Program-made: the position numbers and the translations under genes
Shown here: positions 1 to 10,418 of the stretch, piece after piece
Layout: the number at the start of each line of letters is the position of its first letter
Position numbering within the stretch: the first letter of the stretch is position 1
Notes under the pieces: model-generated
The model's input: the letters and a program-made list of their open reading frames with translations, nothing else
What the model was told of the DNA's origin: nothing
Databases searched by the model: none
Assembly (NCBI GenBank): GCA_049325595.1
Contig: JBMOLF010000010.1
Coordinates: 128,001 to 192,000 of the forward strand
Length of the DNA stretch: 64,000 nt
From: Candidatus Babelota bacterium
GTDB taxonomy: Bacteria; Babelota; Babeliae; Babelales; Vermiphilaceae
Direction of reading: 5' to 3'

Positions 1-526
1 TGTTGCGGTGATCAAAGTAGGTGCGGCAACTGAAACTGAAATGAAAGAAAAGAAAGATCGCATTGAAGACGCTCTGAGTGCAACTCGTGCAGCAGTAGAA
101 GAAGGTATCGTTGCAGGTGGTGGTGTTGCCTTGATTAGAGCACAAAGTGCTTTAGAAAGTCTTAACCTTACTGGCGATGAAAACCTAGGCTTACAAATTG
201 TAAGAAAAGCTCTTGAAGAACCATTACGCATTATTTCTTCAAACGCGGGCTTTGAAGCATCAGTAGTAGTTAACCGTGTTAAAGAAGAAACCGGTACCAA
301 AGGATTTGATGCAAAACATGGCCACTATGTTGATATGATTGCTGAAGGTATCATCGATCCTGCTAAAGTAACTCGTTCTGCAATTCAAAATGCAGCATCT
401 ATTGCTGGATTACTCTTAACAACCGAAGCAACCATATACGAAATACCACAAGAGAAAAAGGAAGCAAACCCTGCTCATGGTGGTATGGGAATGGGTGGCA
501 TGGGTGGTATGCCAGGCATGTACTAA
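1..526 (+). CDS. groEL: Chaperonin GroEL, C-terminal part (truncated by window start)
   Basis: [39 protein letters not shown] and the GGM-repeat tail. Confidence 0.98.
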   Translation, partial: VAVIKVGAATETEMKEKKDRIEDALSATRAAVEEGIVAGGGVALIRAQSALESLNLTGDENLGLQIVRKALEEPLRIISSNAGFEASVVVNRVKEETGTKGFDAKHGHYVDMIAEGIIDPAKVTRSAIQNAASIAGLLLTTEATIYEIPQEKKEANPAHGGMGMGGMGGMPGMY

Positions 527-548
527 TAAAGAATCTTACTATCAATCC

Positions 549-586
549 AAAAAAAGGCTCATGGAATTTTCCATGGGCCTTTTTTT
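549..586 (+). terminator. Intrinsic terminator after groEL
   Basis: Stem AGGCTCATGG/CCATGGGCCT flanked by A and T runs. Confidence 0.85.
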
Positions 587-845
587 ATGCAATAGCTTGA
601 TCTGATCGAATCAAAATTCAACTTGAATGAAATAGATATTTTTTTGGCATTTTTTTTGTCGATTTATATTCTCAATTGCCTAATTTAAAAAATATTAAAT
701 TGGGCAAATTTTATTGAAAATAATAAATTTACCCATTAAATATTTTCTACTTGAATAATTCTAGCGTAAAATTTAACATTTTATTATTTTTGTGTAATAT
801 AAGAAGTGAGCCAAGTTAATTGGCATTTTGTTCTATGGAGGTTAT

Positions 846-2309
846 ATGAATAAATTAATAGTATCAGTTTTACTACTCATGATGGGTGGTACAACTTTAG
901 GTATGTATAAGAAAGAAGAAATCCAAGCGGTTGAATTAAATGATTCAGCAGCAATTTCGCAAGAACATACCAAACAAATAAAACATATACATTTTTTCAA
1001 TGATGGCAGCATGCTTTCTATTGGCCAGGATAAAGCAGTTTATTGGAATGATAAATTTCAAAAAACTAAAGAAGTTAACTGGGACAATGTTGGTATGCCA
1101 TTGGTTGTTGCATCATCCAATGATTACATTGCAATAGCTCATAGCTATAAAAAAATAAGCATTTATAAACCAGATTTAACTCTTAAAACTGAGTTTGACT
1201 TTGAGAAATTGCATGTTGAAGCGTTATGCTTTGTAAACGATAATCAGCTTGTTGCAGCAATGTCAGATGGTATAATAATATTGTTAGATATAAGCAATGG
1301 TTTGCGTCGACCATATACGTTGCGTCATGATAAAAATACCGGCGAAAAAATTGAGACTGTCAAAATTAAAGCATTAAAATATAACAAAGCTAAAGAAATT
1401 TTGCATATTTCTTGGGATGATGGTGCTATTGGTCAATGGGATGTTTGTATAAATGAAAGATTGCCTGCATTAGAATTAGAAACTAACACGCAAGTTATTG
1501 ATTTTGCCTATTCGCAAGACAAAATGCTTACGGTTTCTGATGATGAATATATGCGTATATGGGAAGCTGGCAATAAATTAGGCTCATATAAAGTACAAGC
1601 AACATTTAATTGTGGAAAAAAATGCTCTGTAATAGCGGTATCTTCTGATGGCTCATTAGCAGCAGTAGCACATTTTAAAGGTATTGATATTTTTGATATT
1701 ACAAATAATGAATTAATCGAAAAAGTGAATTTACCTACACGTGCCCAAAAGCTTTGCTTTACACCTGATAATACCCTAATTATTAGTACTGGAAAGCAAT
1801 TATTTAAGCACATGATTGCATATGAATTGGTAAAGCCTGCGCATATAGTAAACAATGTGCAAGATGAGGCTCTAAATACAGATACTCCTGAACAGCGTTA
1901 TTTTGCAGCTTGGGAAACGTTTGCTACCATCAAGAATGAAGAGAATATTCAAGAACGCATTTCAAACTTAAAAGCATTGTTAACAAAAACTTACCATTTT
2001 GGTAGTGACACTGAAAAAGCTTTTCGTATTATGATTCAACAAAAAATTGCTACATCATATTTTGATTATGCTATGTCGCAAAAGAGTGCAAGAGATCGTT
2101 ATTCTGAGTTAGTCGCGTTGAAGAATAGCACGTATTTAAATTGTTTTGATTTTGCTGAGAAAGCAGAATTTGAACGTAAAATACAAAACGAGATTAATAA
2201 AGTTGGTCTGGTGAGCTCATTATGGTTTACGTGGTCAGGCAAAGCAAAAAGTTGGCTATCTAATAAGGTAACCAATACGTTAATGAAGTTAACACCACTT
2301 CTTCCATAA
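846..2309 (+). CDS. Secreted WD40-like beta-propeller protein with helical C-terminal domain
   Basis: GGAG SD before ATG 846; signal peptide; WD-like motifs (WDDGAIGQWD, VSDDEYMRIWE, IDIFD). Confidence 0.8.
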   Translation: MNKLIVSVLLLMMGGTTLGMYKKEEIQAVELNDSAAISQEHTKQIKHIHFFNDGSMLSIGQDKAVYWNDKFQKTKEVNWDNVGMPLVVASSNDYIAIAHSYKKISIYKPDLTLKTEFDFEKLHVEALCFVNDNQLVAAMSDGIIILLDISNGLRRPYTLRHDKNTGEKIETVKIKALKYNKAKEILHISWDDGAIGQWDVCINERLPALELETNTQVIDFAYSQDKMLTVSDDEYMRIWEAGNKLGSYKVQATFNCGKKCSVIAVSSDGSLAAVAHFKGIDIFDITNNELIEKVNLPTRAQKLCFTPDNTLIISTGKQLFKHMIAYELVKPAHIVNNVQDEALNTDTPEQRYFAAWETFATIKNEENIQERISNLKALLTKTYHFGSDTEKAFRIMIQQKIATSYFDYAMSQKSARDRYSELVALKNSTYLNCFDFAEKAEFERKIQNEINKVGLVSSLWFTWSGKAKSWLSNKVTNTLMKLTPLLP

Positions 2310-2315
2310 CTTAAT

Positions 2316-2350
2316 AAAAAAAAGCCCTACAACACTGTAGGGCTTTTTTT
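2316..2350. terminator. Bidirectional intrinsic terminator
   Basis: A-run-GCCCTACA-acac-TGTAGGGC-T-run between convergent genes. Confidence 0.9.
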
Positions 2351-2963
2351 ATTGCAGATCACACTTTTTTTTCTCACTGGTAGCTGATGTTTTAATAGTA
2401 ACCGGTTTACTAATTGCAGATTCTATTTGCTCAATGGTTCCAGACTTTAATGCGGTCAACAATTCTTGTCTATTGTGTTTTATGATACTAATGTCCTTTT
2501 TTTTAATATTGACATCGGTAAGATCAGTAGCTTCTTTGAATTGTTTGAATTCATCTAACTTTTCAAGATATAAATAGTATTTTGCTTCAATGCTATTTCT
2601 TTTATTTTCTTCGCCAGAAATTAAGGGATTAATATTTTTTTCATCAAGAACCGATTTTGCTAAAAGTCTGAAGTCTGTTAAAACTAATCTTTCTACTAAA
2701 TTTTCTGCTGAGCTTTCATAGTGAGGCATTATAACAATCGGTGTATTATTATTGTATATTATTCGTAATGATCCATGCATTATAGCATTGAGTAATGATA
2801 TTTTATTTGCAATGCGCAAAACATCTTCGTTGGTACTCGACCTGTTTGATATATTAAAATTACGATAGTAATTTTCTATATCTTGATCTGATCGTTCGCT
2901 TGCCTTACTTATACATACCAGAAAAATTAAATTAAGAACAAAACGTGTTGTTATTATTTTCAT
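2349..2963 (-). CDS. Secreted hypothetical protein with C-terminal polybasic CaaX-like motif
   Basis: 204-aa ORF, AAGGA SD, N-terminal signal peptide, ends KKKCDLQ. Confidence 0.7.
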   Translation of the reverse strand: MKIITTRFVLNLIFLVCISKASERSDQDIENYYRNFNISNRSSTNEDVLRIANKISLLNAIMHGSLRIIYNNNTPIVIMPHYESSAENLVERLVLTDFRLLAKSVLDEKNINPLISGEENKRNSIEAKYYLYLEKLDEFKQFKEATDLTDVNIKKKDISIIKHNRQELLTALKSGTIEQIESAISKPVTIKTSATSEKKKCDLQ

Positions 2964-3028
2964 ACATAATCCTTTTTTAGCGACTTGTTTATTTGATTAT
3001 GAAAGAAATAAAACAACAAAATCAATTG

Positions 3029-4525
3029 TTAAAATGAGCCACCCGCTTTAAACCAAAAACCCCATAGTGTCAGTGTGGTATTCTTTTGGGGAAACTCCGC
3101 ATAAAACCCCATACCAAGAAAAGTATCAATAGTTTCGCCATAATTAAAAAAGCCATAAGCTGCATGACCGCGGTGATTAAGCGATGCGCGAGCAGAGGCG
3201 GACTTTAAATTAAGATCAGTTTTTTTTATGGGTACAAAAATTGGACATCCACAATCATCAACGTCATTTGGGGCCAGGCAAGCAATTGTACTTTTGCTAG
3301 CAGATGAAGCAGTTAGAACCTGTGCACATGGATCAAGTGGTCCGCAGCCAGCTATGCCATAAATTTCTTGAAAACAATCGGTTAATTCTATGCGCTCGTC
3401 AGGTTTGCCCCAGATACCATAGCCAATTTCAAATTCGCCATAATTATTAATAAAGCGCCATCCCGTAGAAAAATCAACGCGATTAAATGGGCGAACGGTA
3501 ACATTTTGAGTTAAAATATTTGCACCAGGAATAAATTGATCTGGTGGGCCATTTTTTTTGTTGAGCAATAAATATCTACTCCATGGTTTTCCCTTTAAAT
3601 CAATCGTGCGATATTCATTGCCGCGTATCAAAAAAATACTCTCAAAATTTATAAACAAGCAAGATGAATATGCAGAATTATCACGATTCAAAACAATTTG
3701 AAAATTAACTCCAGTAATAAAGCCAAGATGTCCATTATTACCAAGAAATGGATTAAATATATAATCGGCATTTTGTCCATTTGCAGTGGGCAATGACACA
3801 CCGGTGTAATAGATTACTTCAAAATCATCACAGGCAAGATAAGCACGTCCAAATCGGATAGTAAGTTCAGCAAGTCCCAATCGGGAATGACCAGTCGGAC
3901 GAATTTTAGCGTAACGCCAGGCAGGTTGATTAAAAGCGCTGATTATATCTTGAGCTGGACAATCTCCTAAGCCGTTCACGTCAAATTGTCGCAAATTAAT
4001 ATTATTATCAACTGCAACAATCGGAGCGGTAAAACTTACCCACGCATCACCAATAAAAGGCAAATTTTTTAAAATGCATGATAAATCTTGGTTATAATCA
4101 AGTATTACTGCTAGTTGTCGTTGACAAGGATTAATTGTCATTCTTCCTCTAAAATGAGGATTATTAATGCCAAGCCATTCTGCACGTATATCGCGCATTT
4201 CATTTGTAGGAATACAATCACCTTCAACTAGTAATTCAGTACGGCAGCGTGGTAAAAAATATTGAATCGTTCTTTCATCACTGAGCGATTGTTGATACAT
4301 GCCGCGAATTTGAAAGCTGGCTTTAAGTGGACCTCTTTTATTATAAATAAAATTATGCCATACCGACTGCCATGCTGGTACATTTTGATATATGGGATGA
4401 GTGAACATGAATGACTGGCTTGTTTTTAAATTAGGCGATCGGAATCTTAAAAATTCATACGATGATCCTTTTAGTACAGATGCCATGCATATAATAAATA
4501 AGGCACCGCGGAGAAAAATCTTCAT
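3029..4525 (-). CDS. Putative outer-membrane beta-barrel protein, Cys-rich
   Basis: Signal peptide; amphipathic aromatic strands; C-terminal WGFWFKAGGSF resembling a beta-signal. Confidence 0.6.
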   Translation of the reverse strand: MKIFLRGALFIICMASVLKGSSYEFLRFRSPNLKTSQSFMFTHPIYQNVPAWQSVWHNFIYNKRGPLKASFQIRGMYQQSLSDERTIQYFLPRCRTELLVEGDCIPTNEMRDIRAEWLGINNPHFRGRMTINPCQRQLAVILDYNQDLSCILKNLPFIGDAWVSFTAPIVAVDNNINLRQFDVNGLGDCPAQDIISAFNQPAWRYAKIRPTGHSRLGLAELTIRFGRAYLACDDFEVIYYTGVSLPTANGQNADYIFNPFLGNNGHLGFITGVNFQIVLNRDNSAYSSCLFINFESIFLIRGNEYRTIDLKGKPWSRYLLLNKKNGPPDQFIPGANILTQNVTVRPFNRVDFSTGWRFINNYGEFEIGYGIWGKPDERIELTDCFQEIYGIAGCGPLDPCAQVLTASSASKSTIACLAPNDVDDCGCPIFVPIKKTDLNLKSASARASLNHRGHAAYGFFNYGETIDTFLGMGFYAEFPQKNTTLTLWGFWFKAGGSF

Positions 4526-4607
4526 TACACAAATCCTTTAAAAGCTATGCTCGTACGCTCAATAGCTTAGGATAGGTTGCGTATAAAAACAAGTAGGTGA
4601 TCGTTAT

Positions 4608-5522
4608 CTAATTCGCTTCTAATGCATTATGTAAAGCTTGTTCTACGTCTAAGCCCTTATTAATAATGCCATCAAGAGCTATTATCAATTGCTCAGCTGA
4701 ATGAAGATTTCGTTGGAACAAATTGCGGCCTATAGCAACACCATGTGAATTTCCTAAATGTATTTGATTATAAATAGATTGCAGTAATGTTTTAAGATCT
4801 TGATAATTACCCCCTGAGCAAATTATTTTGGTATTTCCAGCTGCTACTACTGCGCGATGTAAATCTGCTGTGGATTCAGCACCATTAACTTCAGGCATTT
4901 TTAGTTTTACAAAATCAGCACCTAAACTTGCTGCAACACCAGCTGCACCAATAATATACTCAGGAGATGTTTCGTTGCGTATAGTGCTACCTCGTGCATA
5001 CAGCCACACAAGAGCAACAAGGCCATGTTGATGTGCTTGAAATATTGCTTGAGCAGTTTCTTTTAACATCTGTGGCTCATACTGACTACCTAGATATAGG
5101 GTTATGCCTATGCCGCGAATTTTTAATCCAGAATGCTTTTTGAAAGTAATTACATCATGTACGCTCCATAATGGAGAGCTGTAAGGATCGATAACGCTAT
5201 TTTTTAGTGCATTAGTTTTGGCATTAAGTTTTATGACATAGTTAATTTCTGGATATAATTTGCCATAACGAGCTACCAATCCTAAATGAGCAGCAAAGGC
5301 ACCAACTTGGTTATGTTTTGCCAATTTAAAAAGATATTCAGGATGCTGCATCTGTTCGGTAACATGAATAAAGTCGTCATTTAAATGTTCAATTTTATGA
5401 TCACATACAAATAAAATTAAATTATCAGTATGTTGTGTTATAGCTTGATAATTGCTCACATATTCAGCATCGTAATTGCCTGGTACATCACTCGGCACAA
5501 TAATGGTACTTATTTTTTTCAT
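4608..5522 (-). CDS. Class I fructose-bisphosphate aldolase (DhnA/FbaB type)
   Basis: CDHKIEH, IKLNAKT, WLYARG, LGADFVK (Schiff-base Lys), SGG, AIGRNLFQ. Confidence 0.88.
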   Translation of the reverse strand: MKKISTIIVPSDVPGNYDAEYVSNYQAITQHTDNLILFVCDHKIEHLNDDFIHVTEQMQHPEYLFKLAKHNQVGAFAAHLGLVARYGKLYPEINYVIKLNAKTNALKNSVIDPYSSPLWSVHDVITFKKHSGLKIRGIGITLYLGSQYEPQMLKETAQAIFQAHQHGLVALVWLYARGSTIRNETSPEYIIGAAGVAASLGADFVKLKMPEVNGAESTADLHRAVVAAGNTKIICSGGNYQDLKTLLQSIYNQIHLGNSHGVAIGRNLFQRNLHSAEQLIIALDGIINKGLDVEQALHNALEAN

Positions 5523-5533
5523 TGGTAAATTTC

Positions 5534-7171
5534 CTATACAATTTGATCTTGGATGAGTACTTTTTCAGCAATACGTTCAAAAAGTGGTACTGCAACAGTT
5601 GATGCGTACAAATTTTTTGAGTTTGCCTCTTTTACTAATACAACAACAACTCGCTTATAGTTATTCTTTTGAACAATGCCAGCACAACTAAATAAATTTT
5701 TGTCAGGATTATATTTTCCATTTTCTAGCATATTAGCAGTGCCGGTTTTACAAATAATGCGATATCCTTTTATGGCAGCACGTTTTGCGGTTCCTGCAAT
5801 AGTAGTTTGTTCTAAAATTTCCTGAATTACTTGCATTGTTTGAGATGAATATAAATGTTTATTTATTGCTGGTTCTATATCATCAAAAATTATACGGGGT
5901 ATACATTCAAAACCATTATTGGCGATCATTGCAAAAATGCGTGCTAATTGTATCAATGTAACGGTAACTTCATAACCATATGACAATGAAATTATTGATT
6001 GTTTAGACCACGTAGGGGGCGGATTGATATAGCCGCTATTTTCACCGAACATATTAATGCCAGTTTTTTTACCTAACCCCATTTTTTGATAATGATCGTA
6101 CAATTTTGTTCCTAACCGTTTGGCAACTTGGGCAATACCGATGTTGTTTGATAACGCGATCACCTGCGTGAAAGGAATCATACCTCTTACAGAGCTTGGT
6201 ACAGTATTAATTGTTCTTCCATCTATTACCGCGGTTTTACTATTTTTACAATCAATGATTTCATAAGGATGAACTATACCCTCTTCAAGAGCAGCTATTG
6301 CACTTAATACTTTTATAACTGATCCTAATTCATAAGCATCGGTAATTGCGATATTTTTAGTATGCTCAATTACAAGGTTGTACAAATTGTTAGGGTCAAA
6401 AGTTGGTACATTTGCCATTGCAATGATATGCCCATTAGCAGGATCCATAATTACTGCGGCAGCTGCTTTTGCATTAAATTCTTTTAATGTTTCTTGTAGC
6501 TCTTCTTGTACTAAAAATTGTAAATTTCCATCAATTGTTAATCGTATTGGTTTGCCATCATTACCATTTGATTGAATTTCCTTATTAAAATAAAAATGAC
6601 CTGATCGTGCATCACGTTCAAGACGATAATGGGTTGGTGTACCGGATAATTGTGTATTGTATTGAAATTCTATTCCCAACAAACCGTTGTTTTCAGCATC
6701 TACCGTACCTATAATATTCGCTGTTGCTGGGTTAGGATAAAAGCGACTTGGTTCTTGCAAAAATTTAATGTCAGATAAATTGCTTTGTTCTATTAACATG
6801 ATTTCTTCTGGTGTTAATTTGCGCTTTATATACATAAATTGAGTGTGTGGTTTTATTTGTAATCGTTCATAAGCATCGGAAAAATGTTGTTTTAAAAATT
6901 GTTTGATAGCAGCTGGGTCAGAGATTTTTGATGGTATAATAAAGGCTGTTAATGAATCTTTATTAAGAGCAAGTGGATTACCATTTCGATCGGTTATTTC
7001 TGCTCGTTGTGGGAAGCGAGTGATGCTAACCAAGTATTGTCGTTCTCCTAATTGAACATAATAAGATCCATGTATAATTTGAATGAAATAAAGATTTGCA
7101 ATAATCAGACTATAAAGTAGTACAAATCCAAAAAAAACAACTCCTGTTCGTCTTGAAATGCTACTATTCAT
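5534..7171 (-). CDS. ftsI: Class B penicillin-binding protein (FtsI/PBP3-like)
   Basis: N-terminal TM, RAEITDRNG, SxxK (SVIK), SxN (SNN), KTGT; overlaps an upstream FtsL-like gene. Confidence 0.88.
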   Translation of the reverse strand: MNSSISRRTGVVFFGFVLLYSLIIANLYFIQIIHGSYYVQLGERQYLVSITRFPQRAEITDRNGNPLALNKDSLTAFIIPSKISDPAAIKQFLKQHFSDAYERLQIKPHTQFMYIKRKLTPEEIMLIEQSNLSDIKFLQEPSRFYPNPATANIIGTVDAENNGLLGIEFQYNTQLSGTPTHYRLERDARSGHFYFNKEIQSNGNDGKPIRLTIDGNLQFLVQEELQETLKEFNAKAAAAVIMDPANGHIIAMANVPTFDPNNLYNLVIEHTKNIAITDAYELGSVIKVLSAIAALEEGIVHPYEIIDCKNSKTAVIDGRTINTVPSSVRGMIPFTQVIALSNNIGIAQVAKRLGTKLYDHYQKMGLGKKTGINMFGENSGYINPPPTWSKQSIISLSYGYEVTVTLIQLARIFAMIANNGFECIPRIIFDDIEPAINKHLYSSQTMQVIQEILEQTTIAGTAKRAAIKGYRIICKTGTANMLENGKYNPDKNLFSCAGIVQKNNYKRVVVVLVKEANSKNLYASTVAVPLFERIAEKVLIQDQIV

Positions 7172-7436
7172 TGTCTTCTATTTTTCTAATTTGGGTTATT
7201 GCCATTTTTTTCATTTTTAATTGATTACTGGCATATTCTTTTATTTCTGTTTTATTAGATGCAAGTACATGTAATTGATGCAGTAATTCTTGTTTGGTTT
7301 TAATATGAATAGTAAGTTCTTTTTCTTGTTCTTGCTTTTCATAGGAAAGCTTGATCCAGCGACTTTGCTGATCGATATATACAAAAATCATTACAACTTG
7401 GAGCAAAATAAAAACAATGAGTTTGCCATAATGCAT
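7164..7436 (-). CDS. ftsL: FtsL-like cell division protein
   Basis: 90 aa, single TM followed by a coiled coil, directly upstream of ftsI. Confidence 0.65.
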   Translation of the reverse strand: MHYGKLIVFILLQVVMIFVYIDQQSRWIKLSYEKQEQEKELTIHIKTKQELLHQLHVLASNKTEIKEYASNQLKMKKMAITQIRKIEDNE

Positions 7437-7532
7437 TTATTACCTTTCTTTAACTTAAGGTTAGAAAGTTCAATAAATGATCGTCAAGCAATGCTTTTTT
7501 GTTTATTCGACTAAATAGAAGTAATATTGAAT

Positions 7533-7564
7533 AAAAAAAAGGCCCGCTACTGCGGGCCACTTTT
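7533..7564 (-). terminator. Intrinsic terminator after bamA
   Basis: GGCCCGC/GCGGGCC stem with an A8 run on the + strand (U run on -). Confidence 0.8.
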
Positions 7565-7569
7565 AGTTT

Positions 7570-10251
7570 TTAATTCCAACCATAAGCCATGTTAAAATGT
7601 ACTTCGTGAACTGATTCACCTTTGCGAGGATCAAGTTTGAAGCCCCAGTCTATGCTAAGTGGCATTGGATTTAATAATCGAATACCAACTCCTACTGCAT
7701 GGCGATAATCAAATCCATTATGGCGTATAAATTGTGCAGGAACATCACGTGCATATGGGTTATCCCAGCCAGATCCGCCATCGTAAAATAAAAGACCTTT
7801 TACGCTGAAATCTGACATAATAGGGAAAATAAATTCAGCATTCACATATAATGCCTTACTTGCACCGATTGAGTCTCCAAGGAAGGAGTCTTCTAAATCA
7901 ATGACACCAAATTGTGGGCTGATTTGTCCCCATAAAAATCCTCTTACTGTGGCTGGTCCACCAATGTGGAAAAGATCGCGGTAAGGAATTAAGCGTCCTT
8001 TAAATGGATTGGCAAAACCCAAGAAAGTATGTAAGTGGAAAATAAGATCATACTCACCAATAAGTGGCGTGTAATAGTGAAAGTCAAAGTCAAACTTGTA
8101 AAAACCAGTACAGCCTTGAGTTCCTGAGAATGCACCCACAGCACGAGCAAGCCAACTATGCCCTCGATTTGGGTGTAATGGATGATTACGAATATCTTGT
8201 CCTAATTGTGCTACAATTGAAGCATACGTATTAGGTCGGAATAATTTTTGAAGTATTATGTCATAGGCAGCAGCTGCTTCAAAACGTTCAACTTCGTCAC
8301 GTGCACGTGTTATTATCGCACGCGGAATAGCCTGATATTTAATGTTATCAAGCCCCACAGCACATCGTACAAACACATCATTAATCCAAGGGAAGGTGCG
8401 CATTCGTGTTACAAAACCGCTTGTTACCACACCACCTGTATCAATTTCATTAATTGGTAAGGTATGGTGTACTTCCTCATAGGCAAGTCGTTTATGATAC
8501 GTATCAAAAGAACCAAAAATTGGTTTATCAAATAACCAAGGTTGAGTCATGTTAAACATGAAGCTTACATCTTCATGTGAGAATCTACTGGTAATATTGG
8601 TACGAATACCGGTTCCAAATAAGTTAATATCAGAGACATTCAATTCCATTGAAACACCTTTGAGTGGCGAAGAAATTGAACGATCTGTACCAGAAAATGA
8701 AAGCTGGAAAGAGGCATTACCCGTTCGCGCTTCTTTAACAATGAGGTCTAAGTCGGCCGTATCATCGTCAATACGATTGATTTTCCAGTTAACCCCTTCT
8801 CGTTGGTCAAAGTAACCTAGAGATTCAACACGATTTTTGGAAATTTCCATTTTTTGATTAGTAAGTAATTCACCCTCATCAAGAACTAATTGACGACGAA
8901 TAACTTTGTCACGTGTTTTTTTATTTCCACGAACAGTGATTCGATTTAAGGTAATTTTTTTACCAAGCTCGGTATAAAATGCCAAACTAATAGTTTTATT
9001 TTCTTCATCAACTTGAATTGACGGGTCGACATGGGCAAAAATATAACCATGCTCACCCCACACAAATTCTAAAGCTTTAATCGTTTCAACGACAAGTTCA
9101 CGAGAAAAAACATCTCCTGGTCGTATTGGAATACGACATAGAATAAATTCTTCAGAAAGTATTTCATTGCCCGGCACTTGAATATCTTTGATGTGATACA
9201 AAGCACCTTCTTGAATTTCGTAAGTTATAGTAAAACAACTATTGGTAGCATCTGGTTCAATAATAACGTCAGTTACTTTTGCATCATAATAACCATGATT
9301 TTGATAGTATTGTTCAATTGCATACTTATCGCCTTCTAAACGTTCTTCTTGAAAAATACCCGATCTATCTAAAAAGCTGAGCAACCAATCTTCTCGGGTA
9401 TACAATATGCTTCTTAACTTTTTGCTTGGAACATGGTTGTTACCGGTAAATTCAATACGCTTAACAACAGCACGTGGATGCTCGGTAATGAAAAATTTTG
9501 CCACCGCTTTATTACTATCATCAACTTCAAGTTCAGTTTGAATATCGATACGATGATATCCTTTTTCGCGATACAGGCGTTTAATTTTTAAGGCTATCGT
9601 GTCAAGTTCTTCTTTATCTATAGCGGGGATTTCATCAATTTTTAATTTCTCATAAATTTCTTTTTTCGTTAATTGATTGTTGCCGCTAAATATAAAGTCT
9701 TTAAGAGGGTATTTTTCCTGAACGATAATATAGAGCGTAATATTGTTTTCATCAATCTGTTCTGTTTCTATCGTAATATTTCTAAAACGCTTCAATTCAG
9801 TAAAAAGATTGCGAATAAGCTTACCAGTTAGTTGTGGATTAAAAGGCTGTCCAACTCGATATGGTATGCGATTTAATATTGCTTCAGTTGCAACATATAC
9901 ATTTCCTTGCACTATAATATTAGCAATAATAGGCATTTTTGATAAGGATACTGTAGTTTCTTCTTCTGCCTCATCATCACTTTCATCTTCGTCTGCTTCA
10001 TCATACTCGACATCATCTTCGGCATCTTCTTGCTCGACTATATCATCGTGATTGTCTTGAAAATTATCTTGATCAGACGATAATTCAAGAGCTTCTTGGT
10101 CAGTTATTTCTTCTTGCGATGATGTTGAGTGCATTTCTTCTGCAGGTAGCATTGTTGCTTGATTATTGTAAGAAGTATTGCAAAAGAGAGCTATTAATAA
10201 GAACGCTAGCCACGTCGCGCTCTTGTTTTTAGTAAGAACAGATCGAGTCAT
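7570..10251 (-). CDS. bamA: Outer membrane protein assembly factor BamA
   Basis: POTRA motifs (IEFTGN, YYQNHGYYDA, RGNKKTRDKVIRR), TVRGF loop motif, C-terminal barrel. Confidence 0.95.
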   Translation of the reverse strand: MTRSVLTKNKSATWLAFLLIALFCNTSYNNQATMLPAEEMHSTSSQEEITDQEALELSSDQDNFQDNHDDIVEQEDAEDDVEYDEADEDESDDEAEEETTVSLSKMPIIANIIVQGNVYVATEAILNRIPYRVGQPFNPQLTGKLIRNLFTELKRFRNITIETEQIDENNITLYIIVQEKYPLKDFIFSGNNQLTKKEIYEKLKIDEIPAIDKEELDTIALKIKRLYREKGYHRIDIQTELEVDDSNKAVAKFFITEHPRAVVKRIEFTGNNHVPSKKLRSILYTREDWLLSFLDRSGIFQEERLEGDKYAIEQYYQNHGYYDAKVTDVIIEPDATNSCFTITYEIQEGALYHIKDIQVPGNEILSEEFILCRIPIRPGDVFSRELVVETIKALEFVWGEHGYIFAHVDPSIQVDEENKTISLAFYTELGKKITLNRITVRGNKKTRDKVIRRQLVLDEGELLTNQKMEISKNRVESLGYFDQREGVNWKINRIDDDTADLDLIVKEARTGNASFQLSFSGTDRSISSPLKGVSMELNVSDINLFGTGIRTNITSRFSHEDVSFMFNMTQPWLFDKPIFGSFDTYHKRLAYEEVHHTLPINEIDTGGVVTSGFVTRMRTFPWINDVFVRCAVGLDNIKYQAIPRAIITRARDEVERFEAAAAYDIILQKLFRPNTYASIVAQLGQDIRNHPLHPNRGHSWLARAVGAFSGTQGCTGFYKFDFDFHYYTPLIGEYDLIFHLHTFLGFANPFKGRLIPYRDLFHIGGPATVRGFLWGQISPQFGVIDLEDSFLGDSIGASKALYVNAEFIFPIMSDFSVKGLLFYDGGSGWDNPYARDVPAQFIRHNGFDYRHAVGVGIRLLNPMPLSIDWGFKLDPRKGESVHEVHFNMAYGWN

Positions 10252-10418
10252 TATCTAAGCTCCTGAGCCAGTTGATACCGTTTTTTTAAGTTATAATTAC
10301 GTGTCAATGCAGAAAACTAGCATACTATTTTTTTTTGAATTGAACAGGCCTGTCGCTATTTAAAGAAAAAGTTTATGCTATATTTAAAGTGAGCAAACCG
10401 TTAAATGTGAGAAAAAAT

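Noticed and set aside
1508..1855. Antisense ORFs within real genes (also 4828, 6378, 8549, 9743, 18884, 35021, 46581, 53403 and others)
   Set aside because: Shadow ORFs on the opposite strand of well-supported genes, with no recognisable motifs
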